Shown: piece after piece, positions 21,124-30,396 of the stretch | Layout of the letters: each line of letters opens with the position of its first letter | How positions within the stretch are numbered: position 1 is the first letter of the stretch | NCBI GenBank assembly: GCA_003130875.1 | Contig: QEXY01000005.1 | Location: 14,799 to 78,798 of the forward strand | DNA from: Ardenticatenia bacterium | GTDB taxonomy: Bacteria; Chloroflexota; Anaerolineae; 4572-78; NAK82 | Length of the DNA stretch: 64,000 bases | Reading direction: 5' to 3' | Notes under the pieces: model-generated | Seen by the model: the letters and a program-made list of their open reading frames with translations, nothing else | What the model was told of the DNA's origin: nothing | Database searches by the model: none | Program-made: the position numbers and the translations under genes

Positions 21124-21843
21124 ATGGAGCTGGTGGACTACCTGCGGATTTTGACCAAACGGGGTTGGATTGCCATCCTGGTCGCAATTGTGGCCGCGGT
21201 CACAGCTTTTGCTGTCAGCAAAATGCAAACACCCGTTTACAGCGCCAGTGTCAAGCTGAGTGTCAATCCGGCACGCGCCGATTGGGGACTCAGCAACACC
21301 ACCAAGGACTTGCTGCGCAATTACGCCGAGAACATTCGTACCCACAAGATGGCCCAAGAAGTGATCGACCGTGCCCAACTGGATATGGATACCACCACTC
21401 TGTTGGGCAAATTGTTCGTCAGCCCAGCAGCGGATACGTTCACCCTCCAGATTGAAGCACGTGACACCGATCCACAGGTTGCGATGACCATCGCCCAGAC
21501 TATGGCCGAAGTTTTCGTGGAAGATCGGGACGCATGGAACCAGCGCCAGGACAAGCGCGACCGCATTGAGGTGAGCATCTTGGATTCGGTGTGGAATCTG
21601 GGCTATCAGCAGTACTCCCCTAACACACGGATCAATACCCTGGCGGGGGGGCTAGTGGGGTTGCTGGTCGGCCTGCTGGTGGTGTTCTTCCTGGAATGGT
21701 TGGAACAGGATGTCATTCGCACTGATGCAGACATCGAACGAACTGTCCAGGTGACGGTGCTGGGTGTGATTCCGCCTGTTACTTCCGAGGGTGGGGGTCG
21801 GACAGCAGAGCGCAAGCTGGCGACTGTCAGGCGCAGCGCATAG
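21124..21843 (+). CDS. Wzz/PCP-like polysaccharide co-polymerase, copy 2
   Basis: It starts MELVDYLRILTKRGWIAILVAIVAAV...TPVYSASVKLSVNP and has a C-terminal TM helix GGLVGLLVGLLVVFFLEWL. Confidence 0.7.
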   Translation: MELVDYLRILTKRGWIAILVAIVAAVTAFAVSKMQTPVYSASVKLSVNPARADWGLSNTTKDLLRNYAENIRTHKMAQEVIDRAQLDMDTTTLLGKLFVSPAADTFTLQIEARDTDPQVAMTIAQTMAEVFVEDRDAWNQRQDKRDRIEVSILDSVWNLGYQQYSPNTRINTLAGGLVGLLVGLLVVFFLEWLEQDVIRTDADIERTVQVTVLGVIPPVTSEGGGRTAERKLATVRRSA

Positions 21844-21889
21844 TGCCTGTGCGTGGGCTATTAAACACGAGGAAGGGTGCTCGCAAACG

Positions 21890-22555
21890 ATGGATCAGAT
21901 TATCACCTTAACTGCTCCGACGTCGCCAGCAGCAGAGGCGTATCGTGCGTTGTGCGTCAACCTTGAATTCGCCGCTGTTGACCGAACATTGCGTACCTTG
22001 TTGGTGACGTCACCCAGTCCCAAAGAGGACAAGAGCCTGGCACTTGCCAATCTGGCAGTGGCATTGGCGGACGGCGAACGCTCAGTTATCGTCGTGGATG
22101 CAGACCTGCGACGGCCGCGTCTGCACACCATATTCGGCTTGCCCAATGAGCGCGGGCTGACCGATTTATTTCGGGGTGCCCTGTCTGCTTCTGATCTTCC
22201 TCTGCAATCCATTCCTAACACGACCTTGAAGGTGTTGACCAGCGGGCCTTTGCCGTCCATTCCTAGCCAGCTGTTGGCGACGCGTCGTATGGAAGAGGTC
22301 ATCGCTCTTCTACGCGAACAGGCGGACATGGTGCTCTTCGACGCTCCGCCGTTGATAGCGGTGACCGATGCTTCTCTATTGGCAAGCAAGATGGATGGGG
22401 TACTTCTGGTTGTGGAAGCAGGCAACACACGACGTGACCACGTGCGCGCTGCCAAAGATCGGTTGGACAAGGTGAATGCCTGGCTGGTGGGCTCGGTGTT
22501 GCTCAACGCACCTTTTGATCGCAGTTTCGGTGGTTATTATCCCAACTATCGCTGA
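21890..22555 (+). CDS. CapB/PtkA-type BY-kinase homolog with an atypical Walker A
   Basis: I trimmed the 21791 ORF to ATG 21890. Walker A' VVDADLRRP, Walker B VLFDAPP and a C-terminal Tyr cluster GGYYPNYR are present. Walker A reads SPSPKEDKS, where PtkA has ACPGEGKS. Confidence 0.8.
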   Translation: MDQIITLTAPTSPAAEAYRALCVNLEFAAVDRTLRTLLVTSPSPKEDKSLALANLAVALADGERSVIVVDADLRRPRLHTIFGLPNERGLTDLFRGALSASDLPLQSIPNTTLKVLTSGPLPSIPSQLLATRRMEEVIALLREQADMVLFDAPPLIAVTDASLLASKMDGVLLVVEAGNTRRDHVRAAKDRLDKVNAWLVGSVLLNAPFDRSFGGYYPNYR

Positions 22556-22569
22556 AGGAGAGCACGAAC

Positions 22570-23646
22570 GTGAAAGGACTCGTTCTCAGCGGGGGCAAGG
22601 GTACTCGTTTGTATCCATTGACTTACACCAGTGCCAAACAGCTGATCCCGGTAGCGAATAAACCGATCCTGTTTCGTGTTATCGAGTGCATCCGCGATGC
22701 CGGGATCACAGAGATCGGCATCGTGGTGGGCGATACAGAAGAGGAAATCCGCCGTGCAGTCGGTCGCGGAGATCGGTGGGGTGTGCGGGTCACATATATT
22801 CGCCAAGAGGCGCCTCTGGGGCTTGCGCACGCGGTCAAGATCTCACGTGATTTCTTGGGGGAGGAGCGGTTCGTGATGTTCCTGGGGGATAACGTCATTC
22901 AAGGAGGCATCAGTGGGCTCATCGCCGAGTTTGCCAACAGCGATTATGATTGCCAGATCGTGCTCACCCACGTCGATATGCCCGAGCAATATGGTGTGGC
23001 TGAGCTGGACGAGCAAGGGCGTGTCATTCGGCTGGTTGAAAAGCCCAAAGACCCCCCCAGCGACCTGGCCTTGGTGGGCATTTACATGTTCAATCATCAC
23101 ATCTTTGAAGCGGTGGAACACATCACACCATCCTGGCGCGGTGAGCTGGAGATCACAGACGCAATTCAATGGCTTATTGAGCATAACTACACAGTGCATC
23201 CCTATATTCACCGTGGATGGTGGATCGACACGGGCCGGCCTGGCGATATGTTGGAAGCAAACAGCTTGGTGCTTGAGGAGCTCACTCCGTGTATTGAAGG
23301 GTATGTGGATCGCGCTTCTCAGGTGGACAGCCGGGTGATCATTGAAAAGGGAGCCGAAGTGATCAATAGCGTGATTCGCGGTCCGGCAATCATCGGAGAA
23401 CACAGTCGCATTATCAACGCCTATATTGGCCCGTTTACTTCTATTTATCACCATGTGGTGATCGAAAACGCCGAGGTGAGCCGTTCTATAGTGTTAGAAT
23501 ACAGCCAGATACGCGATCTCGATCAGCGCATTGAGGATAGCTTGATCGGACGCCACGTGGTGATCCAACGGTCTCCTATCCGACCACGTGCATACAAATT
23601 CACTCTGGGCGATCATTCGCAGCTGGGTCTGCTGGGCAACGGCTGA
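22570..23646 (+). CDS. Glucose-1-phosphate thymidylyltransferase (long form with a C-terminal left-handed beta-helix)
   Basis: It has GLVLSGGKGTRLYPLT and a nucleotidyltransferase core. The C-terminus has hexapeptide-like repeats. Confidence 0.8.
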   Translation: MKGLVLSGGKGTRLYPLTYTSAKQLIPVANKPILFRVIECIRDAGITEIGIVVGDTEEEIRRAVGRGDRWGVRVTYIRQEAPLGLAHAVKISRDFLGEERFVMFLGDNVIQGGISGLIAEFANSDYDCQIVLTHVDMPEQYGVAELDEQGRVIRLVEKPKDPPSDLALVGIYMFNHHIFEAVEHITPSWRGELEITDAIQWLIEHNYTVHPYIHRGWWIDTGRPGDMLEANSLVLEELTPCIEGYVDRASQVDSRVIIEKGAEVINSVIRGPAIIGEHSRIINAYIGPFTSIYHHVVIENAEVSRSIVLEYSQIRDLDQRIEDSLIGRHVVIQRSPIRPRAYKFTLGDHSQLGLLGNG

Positions 23647-23671
23647 GGGGGCTTCTGCAGTCCTGACCTGC

Positions 23672-24604
23672 CTAAGGGCGCGGCTTCGCCACTACGATTA
23701 CCCGATGCGTATTGTTGGTATAAGGCCAACAGGTGATGAGCGTTAGCCTGATATCATCTGTCGGGCCAATCCAGCGAGCATTCTGCTGACGGACTTCGAG
23801 CGGTTCGCCTTTCTCTTTGACAATCATCTTTTGCTCTACATAATAACGATACAGCGTGCTGCCCACGTAAATGTCAATCTCGGCGCCCTCTTCAATGTCA
23901 GCCAGATAGCGGAATACCTCTCCTTTGATGTTGTGATGTCCAGAGATAACCGTGTTTCCCGGTTGGCCAGGCAGAGCACTGGTGACATGCCAGCCTGCGG
24001 CGTAGTCTGCTACCTGCCAGACACTATATGTCTGGCCCCCTTCATTGACGATCTTCCACGTCACTGGCACCACAGGCGTGTCAATGCCTAACGACGGGAT
24101 CACCAGACGCTCCGGTGCCCCTTCTCGTGCGATAGGAGGTGCAGGTGATAGCGTGGTGGGTGTTGCAGTGGGAGGTGGCGTCGGCGTGGAGGACGGAGTG
24201 GAAGTAGCGATAAGGATAAAGGGTGAAGGCGTTGGTGATGCGGTGGGGCTGGGTGTCCTTGAAGACGTAGGTGACGGTCTCGGTGTTGGGGTAGGCTGAA
24301 CTGTTGGCACGACGTTTTGATCTGACGTTCCTCCTTGCCGGATTTCCGGTGATCTCCATGCTGGAGGTGCGTCGAGGTACGAGTAAAATACTGCGGTAGG
24401 CATCTTCGCCAGACTCTTACCTCTGCGTTCCAGGAGCTCCCGGCGTGCCTGAACGTCTTGAAATCCCCACACAACGATCAAAATCAGCAGAACAACACCT
24501 GTCCAGGTGAAGCTACTGATGATCAACATCAGATGTTCCACCGAGGTAAGGTCATGGGAATTTCCTGACGGTCTTCGACGTCTCAATAGAGTCCCCTTTG
24601 GCAT
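23672..24604 (-). CDS. Membrane-anchored sortase with a Pro/Thr-rich linker
   Basis: It has a TM helix and a PT-rich tract. Catalytic elements are VISGHHN, the Cys in LTLITCWPY and the Arg in NTHRVIVVA. Confidence 0.8.
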   Translation of the reverse strand: MPKGTLLRRRRPSGNSHDLTSVEHLMLIISSFTWTGVVLLILIVVWGFQDVQARRELLERRGKSLAKMPTAVFYSYLDAPPAWRSPEIRQGGTSDQNVVPTVQPTPTPRPSPTSSRTPSPTASPTPSPFILIATSTPSSTPTPPPTATPTTLSPAPPIAREGAPERLVIPSLGIDTPVVPVTWKIVNEGGQTYSVWQVADYAAGWHVTSALPGQPGNTVISGHHNIKGEVFRYLADIEEGAEIDIYVGSTLYRYYVEQKMIVKEKGEPLEVRQQNARWIGPTDDIRLTLITCWPYTNNTHRVIVVAKPRP

Positions 24605-24703
24605 TGTAGTTTACACCTAATCTACCGATTCCGAGCCACTTGTCAAGAGATATGACCATGCCGTAAGATTCTCCTGGATTGTGAGGAGAGGGCAAAAAGC
24701 CAG

Positions 24704-26035
24704 ATGGATGATGCGCAGCTCCCCCTGAGCGAACGGGAACGCGAGGTTCTAGTCCTGGTTGCGACCGGGCTCAGCAATCAAGAGATCGCCCGTGAACTGG
24801 TCATCAGCGTCAACACTGTCAAGGTGCACATGCGCAGCATCTTCGAGAAATTAGGGGTGCAATCGCGCACTGAGGCGACCTTGATGGCCATTCGGATGGG
24901 GCTGGTGACCGTCCCCAGCGCTGACATCGCACCGTCGCAACCGTCGGCATTCGTTGAGGAACGCCTGCGTGAGCAAGTTGCTGTGCTTCCTGTGGTGAGG
25001 CCAGTAGCGATGTGGCAGCGCCTGTTCGCATTAGGAGCTATGCTGCTGATGATCGTCCTGGTGGTGTTGCCAGCAACCGAGGCCGGCCAACCGGAGGCGG
25101 AGATAGCCAGTCCGATCTCGGATCGTCCTGAAACAAACGCTTCTCTTCTCTCTACATTCACTTCCCGGTGGGTTGAGCATGCTGATTTGCCGCTGGCGCG
25201 CACGCGATTGGGATTGGCTGCATACGGCGGTGCCTTGTATGCCATCGGAGGCAATTATGAAGGAGGGGTCACCGGACAGGTGGATATGTACATCCCGGGC
25301 AGGAATACCTGGGTAGCGCGTGCCAACAAGAGCACACCTGTTTCGAATATAGGGGCGATGGCAATCGGTGATCTGATCTACGTGCCGGGTGGGTGTGATG
25401 CTTCCGACACAGCGGTTGACAAGCTAGAGGTGTACAATCCGAAGGTCGATACGTGGACTGAAGCGGCGCCGTTGCCATTCGCAGTGTGTGGTTACGCCCT
25501 CACCGTGTCAGGCGGACGCCTCTATGTCATCGGTGGTTGGGATGGAACCCGATTTGTCCCGGCTGTGCAGGAATATGATCCAGCACATGATACCTGGGTG
25601 TTACGCGCGGAGCTGCCCTATCCGTTTGGTTTCGCTGTAGCCGGCACGATCGGAGAGACGATCTATGTCGTCGGCGGTTATGACGGGACGCGCGAGATGG
25701 TTGAGACCCTGGCATATGATCTGCAGCGTGACACATGGTCGCCGCGAGCACCGATGAAGGTGGGGCGCGCTGGAGCGGGGGGTGCTGTCCTCGGGGGCGA
25801 ATTGTATGTGATCGGCGGCGGATGGTTGGGCCCTGTTCTGACCAACGAGAAGTACAATCCTGAGACGGACACGTGGAGCCTCTTCGAGACCCCCGTCCTA
25901 GGTCAGTGGCGCAATCTGGGGGTGACAGCGCTAGATGCCGAAGTGTACGCCGTGGGCGGCTGGAACGGCACCTACATGCGTATCAACCGTTCCTATCGCG
26001 CACTATTTCGCATCATCCTGCCAGTCATTCAGTGA
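24704..26035 (+). CDS. Membrane-tethered LuxR/GerE-type HTH protein with an extracytoplasmic Kelch beta-propeller
   Basis: The N-terminus LSEREREVLVLVATGLSNQEIARELVISVNTVKVHMRSIFEKLGV is followed by one TM helix. Repeated Kelch blades follow (LYAIGG, LYVIGGWDG, IYVVGGYDG, LYVIGGG, VYAVGGWNG). Confidence 0.75.
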   Translation: MDDAQLPLSEREREVLVLVATGLSNQEIARELVISVNTVKVHMRSIFEKLGVQSRTEATLMAIRMGLVTVPSADIAPSQPSAFVEERLREQVAVLPVVRPVAMWQRLFALGAMLLMIVLVVLPATEAGQPEAEIASPISDRPETNASLLSTFTSRWVEHADLPLARTRLGLAAYGGALYAIGGNYEGGVTGQVDMYIPGRNTWVARANKSTPVSNIGAMAIGDLIYVPGGCDASDTAVDKLEVYNPKVDTWTEAAPLPFAVCGYALTVSGGRLYVIGGWDGTRFVPAVQEYDPAHDTWVLRAELPYPFGFAVAGTIGETIYVVGGYDGTREMVETLAYDLQRDTWSPRAPMKVGRAGAGGAVLGGELYVIGGGWLGPVLTNEKYNPETDTWSLFETPVLGQWRNLGVTALDAEVYAVGGWNGTYMRINRSYRALFRIILPVIQ

Positions 26036-26055
26036 GGGCGAACCGGCCGGTTAGA

Positions 26056-26571
26056 TCAGCGTTTCGGCACAGATGGCCACGTCCATCGGGATGCATCCGC
26101 CACTTCGACCACATAGGCCATCGGCCATAACCGCTGTGCCACTGTCAACAGCTCGCGACGCACCACTACCCATGCCTGGCGATAACGCTTCGTGCTGACT
26201 GCCGTGATGCCAGCTGTCCATCCTTGGCTGCGTTCCAGCTCTAGCGGCCCCAACTCATCCAAGATGAGTAGATCGCAAGGCGTGGCATGTGTCAGCACTT
26301 GATTGCCCCAAGCGATCGTCGCTGTGTCGAAACACCAAGCTGGTGTGCACAATCCCTCTGCCACTGTCGTGGCGGTGCGCATCCGCGCCAGACGGCGGCG
26401 TTCCCCGCTGCGCAGGTCCAATGCGTCAATGGCGAGCTTGAGACCCCTGTCAAACACAGCCAGTGAGAGAAGACCGGCAACATCCCAGCCTGCTGCGCGT
26501 GCCTGGTATGCCCAGCGTTGGCACACAGTCGTTTTGCCACTGCCGCGATCACCGGTGAGAAGGATGATCAT
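26056..26571 (-). CDS. Small P-loop NTPase (THEP1/DUF2478-like)
   Basis: Walker A is LLTGDRGSGKTT and Walker B is LLILDELGPLE. Confidence 0.6.
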   Translation of the reverse strand: MIILLTGDRGSGKTTVCQRWAYQARAAGWDVAGLLSLAVFDRGLKLAIDALDLRSGERRRLARMRTATTVAEGLCTPAWCFDTATIAWGNQVLTHATPCDLLILDELGPLELERSQGWTAGITAVSTKRYRQAWVVVRRELLTVAQRLWPMAYVVEVADASRWTWPSVPKR

Positions 26572-26838
26572 CTCCGCACTTTCTCTCTGGATAGTCTTTT
26601 GGCAAATTAATCTCTAAAATCATACACCATATGGAGCGCCAGTGGTAACGATCTCCTGGCGCAAGTACTCCGTTGACTTGTCTAGATAGCAAGGGCATGA
26701 TAGATTCATCCTCTGACATAATCGATCGCGGGCACCTCAGCGGCGAAGACTGCAATGTCTTTTCTGACCTTCCGTGTACTTGCAGTAGCACGTGAACACC
26801 GACCATATCGACAGACCAAATGACAAGGGTAACACACA

Positions 26839-27642
26839 ATGAACGTTGGAAAATTGGTACGTCTCAATCGCGTCTTTTCCCACCCCTCAGGACGGCTGTG
26901 TTCGATTGCGGTAGACCACTTCATCGGATATGGTGACGGGTTGCCTCGCGGGCTGCGTCGTATGAAAGATACCCTGGCGGCCATTGCAGCAGGCCAACCG
27001 GACGCCATTACGCTGCATAAGGGCATCGCCGCGACGATGTGGGCGCCGTATGCCGGTCGCATCCCCTTGATTCTTCAGGCAATTGTTGGTCGCCCTGACG
27101 ATACGGCTTATGAGTTGGTAGTCACCCCAGAAGAAGCTGTTCGCCTGGGGGCGGATGCCATCGCTATTGCTGCCTTCGTGCATGGTAAGACCGAGGGATA
27201 TCAGCTCAAAGTGGTGGCTGACTTGGTGCGTGATGCAGCGCGTTTTGAGCTGCCAGTCATATTGCATATTTACCCGCGCAATCCTCAGACGCTGGAGATC
27301 GTCCATACGCCGGAGGACATTGCCTGGGCGGTACACTGTGGCCTGGAGCTGGGCGTGGATGTCATCAAAGTGCCCTACTGTGGCGATGTGCGTGCCCACG
27401 CTGAAATCGTCGCCGAAAGTTCCGTGCCGGTTGTCGCGGCAGGCGGTCCACGTACTGATACACTTGAAGCCGCGCTGCAAATGATGGCAGAAGTGGTCGC
27501 CAGCGGAGCACGTGGAGCGACTATTGGGCGCAACGTCTGGGGCTTCGACGGCCAGGATATCACCGCGGCGGTTCGTGCGTTCAAAGCGGTCATCCACGAT
27601 GGCAAGAGCGCCCGAGAGGCACTCGCTAGTGTAGGACTATGA
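26839..27642 (+). CDS. Class I aldolase of the DhnA/LsrF (DeoC/LacD-like) family
   Basis: 267 aa. It has the TIM-barrel aldolase pattern, a Schiff-base Lys context GVDVIKVPY and GATIGRNVW. Confidence 0.75.
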   Translation: MNVGKLVRLNRVFSHPSGRLCSIAVDHFIGYGDGLPRGLRRMKDTLAAIAAGQPDAITLHKGIAATMWAPYAGRIPLILQAIVGRPDDTAYELVVTPEEAVRLGADAIAIAAFVHGKTEGYQLKVVADLVRDAARFELPVILHIYPRNPQTLEIVHTPEDIAWAVHCGLELGVDVIKVPYCGDVRAHAEIVAESSVPVVAAGGPRTDTLEAALQMMAEVVASGARGATIGRNVWGFDGQDITAAVRAFKAVIHDGKSAREALASVGL

Positions 27643-28568
27643 ACACACGATGGGATATCTTGGGACTGGGGGTCGCCGCTGTCGACGACCTGTTTTACGT
27701 AGAACGTTTTCCGCGCCCCAATACCAAAACCCCGATCCAGGCTCAAGAACGCCAAGGGGGCGGCCTGACCGGCACCGCTTTGGTAGCAGCGGCACGTCTG
27801 GGCGTACGCACTGCCTACCTTGCTATTTTAGGAAACGAAGCGCTCTCGCATTTTGTACTGGAAGGGCTGGAGCGTGAGGGGGTGGATTGTTCCCCTGTGT
27901 TGCACCATCCTGACGCGCGTCCTGTGTATGCGGTAGTGATTGTTGACCGTTCCAGCGGCGAGCGCACCATCTTTTATACCACCGAGGGTTATATGCCAGT
28001 GCCGCCGGAGCGAATTGACGAGCGGCTGATCGAGCAATGTCGTGTGCTCTTCGTAGACTATACTGCAGGCGAGGGAGGGCTGTATGCCACGATGCTAGCG
28101 CACCGCCATGGCATCCCGGTGGTGGCGGATATTGAGCGCGAGCAGGCACCCGCTATGGCCGAACTGATCCCGCAGGTAGACCATCTGATTGTGGACATGG
28201 AAACAGCGGCACGGATAACTGGAGAGACACAGCCCCCATCCATGGTGCGTGCCTTGGCCCGACGGGAGCGCGCCTGTTGCGTAGTGACAGCCGGCGAGAA
28301 AGGATGTTGGTATGCCGAATGGGGCGGTGAGGTCCATTATTTTCCAGCCTATCGCGTCGAAGTTGTAGACACCACCGGTTGTGGTGATGTCTTCCACGGC
28401 GCGTATGCGGCGTGCATCGCCCTTGGTGAACCAGTGGTTCGAGCAATCCAGATCGCTTCGGCGACTGCAGCTCTAAAAGCAACGCGACCCGGAGGGCGCA
28501 GCGGGATACCCAATTGGCCCACGGTCGAGGCGTTCCTCAGCACTGCTACCCACGTATCGCCAGGGTGA
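27639..28568 (+). CDS. PfkB-family carbohydrate kinase
   Basis: It has GGGLTGTALVAAARLG and the C-terminal anion-hole motif DTTGCGDVFHGAY. The ATGA overlap with the aldolase stop suggests translational coupling. Confidence 0.8.
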   Translation: MNTRWDILGLGVAAVDDLFYVERFPRPNTKTPIQAQERQGGGLTGTALVAAARLGVRTAYLAILGNEALSHFVLEGLEREGVDCSPVLHHPDARPVYAVVIVDRSSGERTIFYTTEGYMPVPPERIDERLIEQCRVLFVDYTAGEGGLYATMLAHRHGIPVVADIEREQAPAMAELIPQVDHLIVDMETAARITGETQPPSMVRALARRERACCVVTAGEKGCWYAEWGGEVHYFPAYRVEVVDTTGCGDVFHGAYAACIALGEPVVRAIQIASATAALKATRPGGRSGIPNWPTVEAFLSTATHVSPG

Positions 28569-28571
28569 CGC

Positions 28572-29585
28572 ATGAACGATTCGGATCACATCACGCGCGT
28601 GTTTCGAGCAGTCCAACATCACGAGCCGGATCGAGTACCCTACTATATCAGCTTTACGAGCGAGGCGGCGCGTCAGCTGGGAGCTTTCTATGGCACCACC
28701 AATCTGGACGAACTGATCGACAATGATATGGTTCGTTATTCGATCCGTCGCCCTTCGCTCTATACCGAGGTGCGTCCCGGTTTCTTCCGTGAAGATTTCG
28801 GTGTAGTATGGAATCGCACTGTCGATCGCGACATTGGCATTCCGGAAAGCTACCCGCTGAAGGATCGCTCGTTGCAAGGTTACACTTTTCCTGACCCGCG
28901 CGATCCCCGTCGCTTTGCCGAGCTACCCGACTTCATCGCCGCACATTCGAGACGATTTCGTTTCGTCAACATCGGCTTCTCCTTGTTCGAGCGCGCTTGG
29001 AGCCTGCGCGGCATGGCCGAGTTGTTGGTGGACATGATTGAAGCACCGGAGTGGGTGGAGGAGCTCTTCGATGCCATCCTGGCGTATAACTTGGAATTGC
29101 TCGACGAACTGTTGCGCTACGACATCCACGGAGTGCTCTTCGGCGACGACTGGGGTCAACAGCAAGGGTTGCTCTTTAGCCCAGCCTTGTGGCGGCGCTT
29201 TATCAAACCACGTCTTGCCCAGATGATCGCGGTAGTTCGAAGAGCTGGCAAAGTGGCGATGCTGCACTCATGCGGCAAGGTGCAATCCCTATTTCCAGAG
29301 CTGATCGAGATCGGCCTGCAAGTATTTAACCCGTTCCAGCCGGATGTTATGGATGTATACGAGATAAAGCGCCAATATGGTGATCGCCTCACTTTCTACG
29401 GCGGGATGAGTGTGCAGAGCTTGCTACCACGTGGCACCCCTCAGCAAATCCGCGACGAAGCACGACGCTTGATGGACGAGGTCGGGCGAGGCGGGGGGTT
29501 CATCATTGCACCTTCGCATCACATCCCTGCCGATGTTCCGGTGGAGAACATGGTGGCTTTCATTGAAGCGGTGCGTTCGGGTTAA
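28572..29585 (+). CDS. Uroporphyrinogen-decarboxylase (URO-D) family protein of unknown substrate
   Basis: 337 aa. It has a URO-D-like C-terminus (GGFIIAPSHHIPADVPVENMVAF) and DDWGQQQGLLFSP. It begins 3 nt after the kinase stop. Confidence 0.7.
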   Translation: MNDSDHITRVFRAVQHHEPDRVPYYISFTSEAARQLGAFYGTTNLDELIDNDMVRYSIRRPSLYTEVRPGFFREDFGVVWNRTVDRDIGIPESYPLKDRSLQGYTFPDPRDPRRFAELPDFIAAHSRRFRFVNIGFSLFERAWSLRGMAELLVDMIEAPEWVEELFDAILAYNLELLDELLRYDIHGVLFGDDWGQQQGLLFSPALWRRFIKPRLAQMIAVVRRAGKVAMLHSCGKVQSLFPELIEIGLQVFNPFQPDVMDVYEIKRQYGDRLTFYGGMSVQSLLPRGTPQQIRDEARRLMDEVGRGGGFIIAPSHHIPADVPVENMVAFIEAVRSG

Positions 29586-29676
29586 AATCGTTTTGATCCA
29601 GCGATCTGTGAATATATAGACGTGCTTTCTGAATCGATGATCCATTCCATTCCAATCGAAAAAGGGTGATAAAACC

Positions 29677-30318
29677 GTGCTCGAACAATTACGTGAAGAG
29701 ATCTGGCGTTTGCATTTGGAGCTGCCAAAATACCACCTGGTGACCTGGACAAGTGGCAATGTGAGCGGTCGTGACCCAGAGACCGGGTACGTCGTGATCA
29801 AGCCCAGCGGCGTGCGTTACGAGGACTTACGCCCAGAACATATGGTCATCGTGAACTTGGATGGAGAGATTGTCGAAGGTAACTTGAAGTACTCCTCTGA
29901 CACGGCATCCCACCTCTATATCTACCGCCACCGGCCGGATGTGTTCGGCATTGTACACACCCACTCTCCCTATGCCACAGCCTTCGCTGCCGTAGGGCAA
30001 CCGATTCCGGTCTATCTGACTGCCATCGCGGACGAGTTCGGTGGCACCATCCCGTGTGGCGGTTTTGCCCTCATCGGCGGTGAGGAGATCGGCCGCGTTG
30101 TGGTAGAAAACATCGGCTCATCGCCCGCCATCCTGCTCAAAAACCACGGTGTCTTCACGGTGGGGCCGACTCCCGAGGCAGCGGTCAAGGCTGCCGTGAT
30201 GGTGGAAGATGTCGCCCACACGGTATGGATCGCCAAGCAGTTAGGTGAGCCGGATATCATTCCTGACGAGCTGGTGCACAAACTGCGCCAGCGCTATGCC
30301 ACCGAATATGGGCAATAA
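29677..30318 (+). CDS. araD: L-ribulose-5-phosphate 4-epimerase (class II aldolase/adducin family)
   Basis: It is colinear with E. coli AraD as I recall it (LVTWTSGNVSGRD, VIKPSGV, SSDT, IVHTHSPYAT, GGTIPC, KNHGVFTVG). Confidence 0.85.
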   Translation: MLEQLREEIWRLHLELPKYHLVTWTSGNVSGRDPETGYVVIKPSGVRYEDLRPEHMVIVNLDGEIVEGNLKYSSDTASHLYIYRHRPDVFGIVHTHSPYATAFAAVGQPIPVYLTAIADEFGGTIPCGGFALIGGEEIGRVVVENIGSSPAILLKNHGVFTVGPTPEAAVKAAVMVEDVAHTVWIAKQLGEPDIIPDELVHKLRQRYATEYGQ

Positions 30319-30396
30319 CCCTCTGCTCCTCTAAGATTGGGCGGGAGCGCAGTGATAAAGCCCTGCGTCGCTGGGCGTAGATGTCCATAGGGGCGT

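Noticed and set aside
26887-27597. A 236-aa minus-strand ORF opposite the class I aldolase gene. Similar long antisense ORFs lie at 2582-3241, 14926-15606, 19247-19912, 20015-20722, 21895-22506, 22843-23454, 36954-37553, 37804-38436, 49867-50469 and 59836-60447.
   Set aside because: These are typical GC-rich shadow ORFs. Each is fully nested antisense to a gene with clear family motifs. Their translations are Arg/His/Cys-rich with no recognisable domains.
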